A stretch of 35,827 nt of DNA from a virus (taxonomy: Duplodnaviria > Caudoviricetes): the IMG/VR virus record IMGVR_UViG_3300032277_000035, positions 1 through 35,827 of that record, one strand, 5' to 3'. The notes beneath the pieces were generated by a model. That model was not told where the DNA came from, searched no databases, and saw only the letters and a program-made list of their open reading frames with translations. The translations under genes were made by a program, and so were the position numbers. This document shows, one piece after another, positions 28,556 through 35,603 of the stretch (its first letter is position 1; each line of letters opens with the position of its first letter).

Positions 28556-28562
28556 ATTATTA

Positions 28563-29195
28563 TCAACCCTTTATTATTTCCTTACATCCCCCAACAAGTG
28601 TAAAAAACTCTTTAATCCTCGCGTTCATCATCTCAAAGCATTCGGTACAGCCTGCTTTATATATTCGGTGTACATGGAGCCGCGTTGCCGGTGGAAAATC
28701 AGCGCAATAGCTAACGTAATCAATCCATTCTCGGCCTGATTGCATTAAATTAAAATATAGTTGCCACTTATAGGAGGGATCAAACCCGCCTCGCTTAATG
28801 GTTGCATATTGGACGTGGTCAATTACGGATTTAATCTCTATCAAACCATTATCACAGACCAAGCCATCAGGAGAGCACCCTAGCGCGCCAACACCATAAA
28901 ACCCGCCGTTTGTAACATCAGTAAAAAATAATTCTTCATATAGGGCGCGAGCTATAGGCTCTTGCTCGTGGCCTCGCTCCATGTGCGCGTTGCTGTATGA
29001 TTCGTTAAGGCTACGCTTCCCTGTTAACTGCTCTCTAGCTATAGTCACAGCCAGTTTTTTAGCTGGTTCGCCAAACACTTTCCCATAATTAGCCATAATG
29101 TTTTTAACCCCTGACCCAGTTAGCTTTCCTATACGCAAATCAAGCCATTCATCGGTATTTTGCTGTATGTCATACCACACTTTTGGCTGCCTCAA
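28563..29195 (-). CDS. YqaJ / lambda-exonuclease family nuclease
   Basis: QNTDEWLDLR.GKLTGS, MERGHEQEP.AR, GCSPDGL, IEIK and WQ motifs. Confidence 0.92.
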   Translation of the reverse strand: MRQPKVWYDIQQNTDEWLDLRIGKLTGSGVKNIMANYGKVFGEPAKKLAVTIAREQLTGKRSLNESYSNAHMERGHEQEPIARALYEELFFTDVTNGGFYGVGALGCSPDGLVCDNGLIEIKSVIDHVQYATIKRGGFDPSYKWQLYFNLMQSGREWIDYVSYCADFPPATRLHVHRIYKAGCTECFEMMNARIKEFFTLVGGCKEIIKG

Positions 29196-29679
29196 TAATT
29201 AACGCCTCTTGAGCTGGTGAAACGTCCACGCGAGATTTAACCGCATCTAAATTGTTATCTCTTTTGTATGCCTCGATTGCATTACTCCATTGCTGTGTAC
29301 CTTCTACAATTTGCCGTCTTTGCGGTGGCGCGCCTATGCGCAGCCCTTCGACCGTATCACGGCCAAACTTAACACCCTCTAAGACGAATACCTGAACCTT
29401 GAACCCTAAAATCCAATCATCAAGGTATTTAGCGCCCCCCGCCATTTTTCGTATAACTTCTGTATTCCCGACATTTAGCACCATAGGCTTCATTGGCTCA
29501 CCTCGCCGTATTTCTTTTTCTTCAAAGTAAGCCGTGTTAAAATGCTCTTTTGATTTTTTTGTCCTATCAGGCTCAAGCCTTACTGCTTTTATCGTTAATG
29601 TAAGCGGCTCAACGATATCTGAACTGCTTAGATATGGAGATTTAAATGCTTTTCTATAATGTGTTTTTTGTTTACTCAT
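29170..29679 (-). CDS. Exonuclease-partner protein (putative ssDNA-binding/annealing)
   Basis: KTHYRK.F...YL...D...LTI..V...KPMVLN..N...W.G..V...EGLRI. Occupies the annealase slot upstream of YqaJ. Confidence 0.55.
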   Translation of the reverse strand: MSKQKTHYRKAFKSPYLSSSDIVEPLTLTIKAVRLEPDRTKKSKEHFNTAYFEEKEIRRGEPMKPMVLNVGNTEVIRKMAGGAKYLDDWILGFKVQVFVLEGVKFGRDTVEGLRIGAPPQRRQIVEGTQQWSNAIEAYKRDNNLDAVKSRVDVSPAQEALIIEAAKSVV

Positions 29680-29902
29680 TCCCTTTCTCCAATTTACCCT
29701 TTAACGCATAAGCATCTGTTAATGCATTAGGGTTTAAAATATCGTTAAATACTTTAACGATCTCACCATCTTTAATAACATTATGGTGAGGCGCTTTAAT
29801 GATTACATCTACTTTTGGTTTATCCATTTTATCCTCTGTTAAATTATCTATTACCCTAAAGAATTTATTTACACAGTCATCCATATCATCAAATACGTTC
29901 AT
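29672..29902 (-). CDS. Hypothetical protein
   Basis: 76 aa, GGGG RBS. Confidence 0.6.
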   Translation of the reverse strand: MNVFDDMDDCVNKFFRVIDNLTEDKMDKPKVDVIIKAPHHNVIKDGEIVKVFNDILNPNALTDAYALKGKLEKGNE

Positions 29903-29912
29903 GATTTACCCC

Positions 29913-30080
29913 TTAATCTTTCCAATGCTTACTTAATATATTTAAAGTCCATACACCTTGGAATACGAGACCTAAAAACCACCACGGATTCTGTATCAAC
30001 AAAACCACAGTCATAGGCACAATAAAAAAAGTGTTGAATAAAAAATACCCCTTTGTTTCTTGCAGCTCAAGCAATCCCAT
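29913..30080 (-). CDS. Small membrane protein (55 aa; not in ORF track)
   Basis: MGLLELQETKGYFLFNTFFIVPMTVVLLIQNPWWFLGLVFQGVWTLNILSKHWKD*. Fills the gap in the operon. Confidence 0.55.
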   Translation of the reverse strand: MGLLELQETKGYFLFNTFFIVPMTVVLLIQNPWWFLGLVFQGVWTLNILSKHWKD

Positions 30081-30083
30081 TAT

Positions 30084-30293
30084 TTACCCCTTATTAATAT
30101 CTTGTTCTGTTTGCAAAACTTTTAAACCATTAATTAAGCCGTTTATACGAGTTAATTGCTCGGTATATTCCACGCTTGGATAATCACTATGAAGGCATCT
30201 ATTAGACGCTTCTATTATTCTAAGGTCGGTAATATAGATAGCTGAATCTAAGCTGCTTGTTACGTGACCTTCTTTAATATCAAATATGCTCAT
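30084..30293 (-). CDS. Hypothetical protein
   Basis: 69 aa, AGGGG RBS, follows a promoter. Confidence 0.6.
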   Translation of the reverse strand: MSIFDIKEGHVTSSLDSAIYITDLRIIEASNRCLHSDYPSVEYTEQLTRINGLINGLKVLQTEQDINKG

Positions 30294-30319
30294 GGCTTTC
30301 CCCTTAACTGTTAAATAAC

Positions 30320-30348
30320 ATACTAGCTATAATTTATGGTTTAATCAA
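30320..30348 (-). promoter_or_regulatory. Early promoter with embedded operator
   Basis: TTGATT, 17 nt, TAGTAT. Contains TAAACCAT-aaatt-ATAG. Confidence 0.6.
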
Positions 30349-30382
30349 GGATTATTTCATACTAAATACATACCTATTCATC

Positions 30383-30402
30383 TATGTATAACCTGTGGAT
30401 AA
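30383..30402. promoter_or_regulatory. Tandem DnaA boxes
   Basis: TATGTATAA (one mismatch), cc, TGTGGATAA (perfect; reverse complement TTATCCACA) in an AT-rich intergenic region. Confidence 0.55.
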
Positions 30403-30403
30403 T

Positions 30404-30432
30404 TTGATATTATCTATATTAGCGGTTATAAT
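30404..30432 (+). promoter_or_regulatory. Near-consensus sigma70 promoter, antisense to the early operon
   Basis: TTGATA (30404-30409), 17 nt, TATAAT (30427-30432). Confidence 0.7.
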
Positions 30433-30471
30433 TACACTAATATTCTAATATACGCCTTATGAGGTGTTGAT

Positions 30472-30576
30472 ATGAAAATTGAACTCTTGATTAAACTCGC
30501 AAGTCAAGGCAACGTTGCCGCTCTAAAAATTCTCGCTGAGAAGGGCTTGATTCCGCCTGTAAAAAATGCGGCGTAA
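30472..30576 (+). CDS. 34-aa antisense small protein (not in ORF track)
   Basis: GAGGTG RBS at 30461-30466. MKIELLIKLASQGNVAALKILAEKGLIPPVKNAA*. Has its own promoter. Confidence 0.6.
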   Translation: MKIELLIKLASQGNVAALKILAEKGLIPPVKNAA

Positions 30577-30706
30577 ACCCTAGCCACGCATCATCGATTG
30601 CATCGTCTTTAGTCGAGCATTCACTATGAAGATAAATATCTAAATCTATATCATGGATTAAGGGGAAGCCTTCTATTTCTTTGTTACACCATGAACAGTT
30701 ATTCAC
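30491..30706 (-). CDS. Small zinc-binding hypothetical protein
   Basis: CSWC...H.EC motif. Confidence 0.55.
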   Translation of the reverse strand: MNNCSWCNKEIEGFPLIHDIDLDIYLHSECSTKDDAIDDAWLGFTPHFLQAESSPSQREFLERQRCLDLRV

Positions 30707-30709
30707 ACA

Positions 30710-30907
30710 TCACCCCATATAACTAAACATTAAAGCCAGCACACCCGCAAAACAAACAATCACCGCCACCTCAGCAATTCGATTAAACTGTTTTTCGGTA
30801 TAAGGTCTTGGCTGTCTGCGTCTTTCAATGCCGGTATACTTTTGATCCTTCATAAATACACGCCGATGGATTGGCTTGTCGTCCACTTTTATTAATTCAA
30901 TATTCAT
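30710..30907 (-). CDS. Small membrane-anchored protein
   Basis: YTGIERR motif, C-terminal TM segment, AAGGAG RBS. Confidence 0.65.
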   Translation of the reverse strand: MNIELIKVDDKPIHRRVFMKDQKYTGIERRRQPRPYTEKQFNRIAEVAVIVCFAGVLALMFSYMG

Positions 30908-30916
30908 AGTTACTCC

Positions 30917-31759
30917 TTACGTTTTTAATCTGTATGTTTTATCTAAGAAAGTACCTTTACCGATTAATGACTGTTTTACCCATGTTGTTTTATCTTTAAG
31001 CCGTCGAATATGGCCTCTACGCCAGTGCATTCTTTTTGTTGATCCAGTACCATTAGATTCATGATCTAGTATTTCTCTTGGCATAAGATCTAAGTATTTA
31101 TATCCCTCAAGCGGGGTTTTCCCTTTTTTAGCGCGATTACGGTTAATCATTTTAGGCGACTTCGTTTCTATCTGTTTAATGTTTGGCGTGTTTACAGCTA
31201 CCATAAACTCGAATATCGTCCACGCGAAACGCTGATTTTCATCGCCGCCTAACGCTTCAATCTTGCTTATAGTGCTTTTCCCGTTAGCCGTGACCTCGTA
31301 ACCGTCTTCATCCATTTTAACATCGAAAGAACCCCAATTCCCCCACACTCCGTTTTGCTTAAAAAACAAACCGCAAACGATATCGGGATATTTATCATTT
31401 TTAAGCTCTTTTTTTTCTTTATTAAATTGCCACCATTTTCTATTGTTATATTCTGTTATCTTTTCGTTCAACTCATTTACCTTAACCTTATAATCATTAA
31501 TAGTCATAACAAGCCACCCGTCATCCACGGGAATCTCAATTAAGAATTTCTCGTATGGAGCCCTCATGAATTCATAGAAACGCTTATAATCCTTCACTAT
31601 AGGCAGAGCATCCTGATGCGGTAGCCTAAATGTTTGCGACTCTTTAATACTTAATAAAAACTTATCAATGTCATTGGAAGAGATAGACGCTTTATCGACT
31701 GCCAACGTTTTTATATAATCAATTAATTCGTACTTATGGCTATAGGGTTGATTCATCAC
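30917..31759 (-). CDS. Hypothetical phage protein with C-terminal H.RRGH.R motif
   Basis: 280 aa. N..R.KKGK.PL and STKRMHWRRGHIRRL motifs. Confidence 0.8.
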   Translation of the reverse strand: MMNQPYSHKYELIDYIKTLAVDKASISSNDIDKFLLSIKESQTFRLPHQDALPIVKDYKRFYEFMRAPYEKFLIEIPVDDGWLVMTINDYKVKVNELNEKITEYNNRKWWQFNKEKKELKNDKYPDIVCGLFFKQNGVWGNWGSFDVKMDEDGYEVTANGKSTISKIEALGGDENQRFAWTIFEFMVAVNTPNIKQIETKSPKMINRNRAKKGKTPLEGYKYLDLMPREILDHESNGTGSTKRMHWRRGHIRRLKDKTTWVKQSLIGKGTFLDKTYRLKT

Positions 31760-31802
31760 ACCCTCACACTTAATTTATATTCAACTTTTATTAATTCAAT
31801 AT

Positions 31803-32042
31803 TCAATTTATAACCTCCGCTTGATTATCTTTAGGTTTACCAGTTATATCCTTTAGATTCATTCTAACCATCTTCCTCATAGCTTTAAAAGAGTAAGGGT
31901 GGTATCTAACTCCCTCTCCCTCTCTAGCTAGAATCGTAGCTTCATGGCAAGTTATTTGAAAGTAATACTCGGCTAGCTCATTAGAATGCATAAATCTTAG
32001 CGTTGTCATCTGGGGCTTTATAATATCTCTTACTTTCATCAA
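31803..32042 (-). CDS. Hypothetical protein
   Basis: 79 aa, in operon. Confidence 0.55.
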   Translation of the reverse strand: MMKVRDIIKPQMTTLRFMHSNELAEYYFQITCHEATILAREGEGVRYHPYSFKAMRKMVRMNLKDITGKPKDNQAEVIN

Positions 32043-32281
32043 TCGTCTCCATGTATTATTTTAGCTCGGTCAAGCACCCTTTCTTCGATATCTTCTAGGT
32101 ACTCACTCTTAAATATTTTCCCATCCAAAGGTACGACGGTTTTACTGGTTAATTTTAAATCAGTAATATCAAATATCTTTTTAGTTCCCCAGCTTAAGGC
32201 TGTTTCATATTCAATATCTATCATTTCAGATTCATCCGTAAACGGATTGTATGCATCTATTTCTTCTGTGTATTTAGGCAT
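32039..32281 (-). CDS. Hypothetical acidic protein
   Basis: 80 aa, AGGGG RBS. Confidence 0.65.
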   Translation of the reverse strand: MPKYTEEIDAYNPFTDESEMIDIEYETALSWGTKKIFDITDLKLTSKTVVPLDGKIFKSEYLEDIEERVLDRAKIIHGDD

Positions 32282-32305
32282 TATCTTTTCCCCTTATCTT
32301 GTTAA

Positions 32306-32557
32306 TTACAGCCCTAGCAATGCGTCAGAGCTAACATCTAAAGCACCGCAAATAATAATAAGCTCATAGGCCGTTATACCTTGCTTTCCTGTCTCAATAT
32401 TTGTAATAGTCGTACGACTAACGCCTACTAAATCAGATAGCTCCTCCTGAGTTAACCCTGCATCATGTCTGGCGGCTTTTAGTCTGGCGGCTATGCCTCT
32501 CTTTAATTTGCCTTTTTCTTCTTCAAGCTGCTTCGTTAATTGAACTATTTTATTCAT
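32306..32557 (-). CDS. XRE/Cro-C1 HTH transcriptional regulator
   Basis: RLKAARHDAGLTQEELSDLVGVSRTTITNIETGK...LDVSSDALLG. No S24 peptidase domain. Confidence 0.92.
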   Translation of the reverse strand: MNKIVQLTKQLEEEKGKLKRGIAARLKAARHDAGLTQEELSDLVGVSRTTITNIETGKQGITAYELIIICGALDVSSDALLGL

Positions 32558-32561
32558 CTTA

Positions 32562-32777
32562 TTACCCCTGTTTATTAACCCAATCTAAAGCGGCCTTCAG
32601 TTCGTCATACTCCTTTTGATATCCATCTAGTATACTTTTGCAGCTCTGCCCAGATTGACCATACTCCGCGCTCAAATCCATAGTTCTTGCATCAAACATA
32701 CGTTTAGCTCTATACAAATTATCCTCTGCGCCTGCAAGCGAGCTTCTTATAATCTTTATCACCTTCTGTTTCACCAT
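32562..32777 (-). CDS. Hypothetical protein
   Basis: 71 aa, AGGGG RBS. Confidence 0.65.
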   Translation of the reverse strand: MVKQKVIKIIRSSLAGAEDNLYRAKRMFDARTMDLSAEYGQSGQSCKSILDGYQKEYDELKAALDWVNKQG

Positions 32778-32810
32778 TATCCCCTTGTGTTACTCTTTAG
32801 TTTGATAGTG

Positions 32811-33038
32811 TTATTTGGCTTTAAAGTTGCGATATTCAGTGTCACCACATCCAGTACAAGCACTTGGAAACATGCTTTGATGCCCATCGTGCATACAATC
32901 AACGCAATCTTTATCACCAAGAGCGTCTAACGCTATTAGTGATACATTCTTCATAAAATCCAATGTTTCACTTGAAATGCTATGGTTATTCGCACGTAAA
33001 AACAAATAAGCATCTATAATCTCACCTCTATTCATCAC
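32811..33038 (-). CDS. Small Cys-rich hypothetical protein
   Basis: CVDC...CTGC motifs. Confidence 0.6.
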   Translation of the reverse strand: MMNRGEIIDAYLFLRANNHSISSETLDFMKNVSLIALDALGDKDCVDCMHDGHQSMFPSACTGCGDTEYRNFKAK

Positions 33039-33251
33039 ACGCTCCTGATATATGCACCGTTGTCCAATTTCCCATTATCTAAAATTATCTTCATACTCTT
33101 TCAAGGCTTTATATAACGCTATATTAGCCTTATCTTCTGCTTCATCGCCGAGAAAGCTAAAATCACTTAAAAAAGCAAGTTCTGTTAGCATTAATATTTT
33201 CCTTAGCCATCACAAACCCCCGTTACTCTGCTTCTAAAATAAATTATTTGA

Positions 33252-33614
33252 TTAACTATTTCTTACTCTGTCGTCGTATGAAAACTGAGATTCACCTCTT
33301 TGTGGCTCGATCTTTAATCTTTTAGCTTTGTCGGCTAGAGATTCCTTTTTTGTCTCAATCGGTAAATCCCATGATTCAAGATAGTGCTCATCTCTTCCAA
33401 AGAAAGTCGCTGCTTGCATAACGTATTCCGTTCTTATTTTGCCCGTAGCTTCACAGAATTCCAGGTACGCTATTGCGCCTACATGCATTAAGCTTTCATT
33501 AGCTCCTTGCTTAAGCCTTGCCTGATACTGCCTAAAGGCTTTAGCCTTAGAATTTCCTCCTGCTCGTTTAGGATAGAGAGGCCATAGCGCGTTAAATTCA
33601 TCTGTGTAATTCAT
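33252..33614 (-). CDS. Stand-alone C-terminal-type domain of phage replication proteins
   Basis: F..LW..YPKR.G..SK.KA...Y...Y....ATFFG....Y motif. Lacks the usual N-terminal HTH. Confidence 0.7.
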   Translation of the reverse strand: MNYTDEFNALWPLYPKRAGGNSKAKAFRQYQARLKQGANESLMHVGAIAYLEFCEATGKIRTEYVMQAATFFGRDEHYLESWDLPIETKKESLADKAKRLKIEPQRGESQFSYDDRVRNS

Positions 33615-33677
33615 TAAAAGCCACCTTTAATGTCAGTAAGTAGTTCAATTATTTTTGATTCGTCTTGCATACCTAAG

Positions 33678-33706
33678 AGACTATGAAATATGGCTTAGTA
33701 TGTCAA
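33678..33706 (-). promoter_or_regulatory. Leftward early promoter with embedded operator
   Basis: TTGACA-tactaagCCATatttcA-TAGTCT, 25/29 identical to 27906-27934. Confidence 0.75.
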
Positions 33707-33739
33707 GGAATAAATCAAATTATTTTTAATGGTTAATTT

Positions 33740-34035
33740 TAGGCATAGTTCTACCAAGGGTGGATAGCTCTAGGGTTTAGATAACTATCACTATATTCAT
33801 AATTACTTATTAGTAATAAACACTTAGAAGAAAGGTTGCGTCTTAGTCGTTACTCTAAGTGGGTGCTCGCCTCTACACCAAGTTTAGTAGCTTCACCTTT
33901 CGGTACTGGGTGGCGAATCCCAGCTCATACACTACTAAAAGACTGACTAAAGTAGCCCACCATACTTGCATGGCTCCAAAATCGCATCATAATTAATTAA
34001 ATAATTATCGGCATTTATTTACCTTGCCACGCCTA
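33740..34035 (-). ncRNA. Candidate large structured RNA
   Basis: No ORF in the track here. Closing helix 34027-34035/33740-33748 and several nested helices. Mismatches resolve to G-U pairs only on the minus strand. GAAA tetraloop at 33895-33904. Confidence 0.5.
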
Positions 34036-34100
34036 CACAACCTCTCATCTAAATACTATTATTCGTAATCACTAATATCCGCAGAACGGTATTAACTTAT

Positions 34101-34289
34101 CTAGCTTTGGCCTGTAGTCTGCTTGGTTAATTTTGCCTGCAAAGAATAAAGCATTTCCCACCGCTTAACAGTCACCTGTTTTTGGTGGGCTTTTTGAATT
34201 TCAGCGTTTACATGCTTTAATAAAAGCAATCTTTCGTTATTTTCAAGCTCTATTTTCATATTAACCTCACATTCCACCCATTTAACCAT
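34101..34289 (-). CDS. Hypothetical protein (likely start at MKIELE)
   Basis: GAGG RBS before the internal Met, helical pattern. Confidence 0.5.
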   Translation of the reverse strand: MVKWVECEVNMKIELENNERLLLLKHVNAEIQKAHQKQVTVKRWEMLYSLQAKLTKQTTGQS

Positions 34290-34434
34290 TACCTTTTGAT
34301 ACTCAGTAATACCCTGGCATCGTCAACCACAACTTAAGGGTGTATCGTTATGACTGTTTATTCTATTTCACACACGTATTAACGCAACCGTCAGCTATTC
34401 GTAGCGATCTAGTTTTATGAGGTCGTAAAAAGTA

Positions 34435-34465
34435 TTGACAGGATAGAAGTTATATATGTTATACT
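34435..34465 (+). promoter_or_regulatory. Possible promoter for a short antisense RNA
   Basis: TTGACA at 34435-34440, extended -10 TGTTATACT at 34457-34465. The 19-nt spacer is long. Confidence 0.45.
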
Positions 34466-34471
34466 ACTTCC

Positions 34472-34610
34472 ATCTAGTTTCCGACCTCGCAATCATCACT
34501 AGATAAATTAATCTTATCCCCTTTTGTCTTTAATGACAAGTAAGATTAAAACCCCTCTTCTGCTATGCAGTTTAGGAAGAACCCCATTGTTAATCCTTTG
34601 GGGTTTTTTT
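34472..34610 (+). ncRNA. Candidate ~140-nt small RNA with three hairpins
   Basis: Hairpins at 34472-34504 and 34508-34549 plus terminator 34580-34610, downstream of a promoter, with no ORF in the track. Confidence 0.4.
34580..34610 (+). terminator. Rho-independent terminator
   Basis: AACCCCA, 12 nt, TGGGGTT followed by a T run. Confidence 0.6.
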
Positions 34611-34721
34611 ATTTACGTGTTATAATAATTGCATGTTTAACTTAACTTATCTACAGCAACTCCCTCAACCGATTAACTTTGGTGGTTTTGCTGTGTAAGT
34701 TTTATTAATAAATATTTATAC

Positions 34722-34756
34722 AAAACCATCATTACGAAAGTTCTGGTGGTTTTTTT
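34722..34756 (+). terminator. Terminator-like hairpin before the tRNA cluster
   Basis: AAAACCATCA...TGGTGGTTTTTTT. Confidence 0.4.
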
Positions 34757-34768
34757 ATGCATGAATTT

Positions 34769-34845
34769 CAGGGTATAAGTCAGTCTGGTAGACATCTCGG
34801 TTTGGAACTGAGCAGCCGTAGGTTCAAATCCTACTACCCTGACCA
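34769..34845 (+). tRNA. tRNA-Pro (TGG)
   Basis: Acceptor CAGGGTA/TACCCTG plus ACCA, anticodon arm CTCGG-TTTGGAA-CTGAG, GTTCAAATC T-loop. Confidence 0.93.
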
Positions 34846-34941
34846 AATTTAGCAAAAGCTAAACCAAGCGAATAGATTAAGCTCGCTTAGTCTCAATGGT
34901 TGTGGGTGACGATGGGTGATATAGGAACCCTCACAATTTTA

Positions 34942-35026
34942 GCAGGAGTGGTGTAATTGGCAGCCACGCTAGATTTAGAATCTAGTGCCGTAAGGCGTGA
35001 GAGTTCGAGTCCCTCCTCCTGTACCA
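34942..35026 (+). tRNA. tRNA-Leu (TAG)
   Basis: Acceptor GCAGGAG/CTCCTGT plus ACCA, CTAGA-TTTAGAA-TCTAG, long variable arm GCC-GTAA-GGC. Confidence 0.93.
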
Positions 35027-35031
35027 TTAAT

Positions 35032-35105
35032 AGCGATATGGCCGAGTGGTTAGGCAGCGCACTTTGAATGCGCTCACCAAGGTTCAATTCCTTGTGTCGC
35101 TTCCA
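35032..35105 (+). tRNA. tRNA-Gln (TTG)
   Basis: Acceptor AGCGATA/TGTCGCT plus TCCA, GCGCA-CTTTGAA-TGCGC, CAAGG-TTCAATT-CCTTG. Confidence 0.92.
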
Positions 35106-35131
35106 ACTAGTAATTAATTATGGTTTAGTGC

Positions 35132-35160
35132 TTGACGTACTAGGCCATGTGGTATAGTCT
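35132..35160 (+). promoter_or_regulatory. Rightward promoter with embedded operator
   Basis: TTGACG-tactaggCCATgtggtA-TAGTCT, 23/29 identical to the 33678-33706 promoter in opposite orientation. Confidence 0.75.
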
Positions 35161-35191
35161 TGTATGTAAATGGAAACATGTATTTCATGTA

Positions 35192-35301
35192 TTAGATGGT
35201 AGTAGTGGTGCGATTCGGTAGCCAGCCCATCAAGTTAGACGAGCTATGCCGAGGCGTGAGTCTAAGCTAGGAGAAATAAAACTCAGTCCTAGCCCATCTA
35301 A
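35192..35301 (+). ncRNA. Candidate ~110-nt multibranch RNA / structured leader
   Basis: TTAGATGG (35192-35199)/CCATCTAA (35294-35301) encloses abutting hairpins TTAGAC/GTCTAA (35235-35265) and GCTAGGA/TCCTAGC (35266-35293). Confidence 0.5.
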
Positions 35302-35336
35302 CTAATTTAAATATAACACTTAATAGGGGTAATAAA

Positions 35337-35603
35337 ATGAAAAAATCGGTACAAGTCGTGGAAGTAGAAAATGAAGGTTTGGTAAAATTAATGGATGAAG
35401 TTATTACTTTAATGTGTATGAATTATTTTTACACTGGAAAGTTAATCGGGGTAAATGAGACTTGCGTATTAATTCAGAACCCTAAGATTATATATGAAAC
35501 TGGAAAATGGTCTGATGGTGAGTGGGCTGATGCTCAAGAATTGCCGTGTGAAGAGTTTTATATAAGCATTAATTCTATAGAGTCGTTTGGTGTATTAAAA
35601 TGA
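35337..35603 (+). CDS. Sm/LSm-like fold protein
   Basis: Short helix then L.DEVITL....YFYTGKLIGVNETCVLIQNP (Sm1-like) and FYISINSIESF (Sm2-like). AGGGG RBS. Confidence 0.6.
   Translation: MKKSVQVVEVENEGLVKLMDEVITLMCMNYFYTGKLIGVNETCVLIQNPKIIYETGKWSDGEWADAQELPCEEFYISINSIESFGVLK

Noticed and set aside
34942-35026. tRNA with TAG as an amber suppressor, or stop-codon recoding
   Set aside because: TAG is the anticodon and reads CUA (Leu). Long genes are intact under the standard code, and the HNH TAA is an isolated lesion.
34673-35087. Minus-strand ORFs 34673-34855 and 34893-35087
   Set aside because: They are antisense shadows of the tRNA genes.
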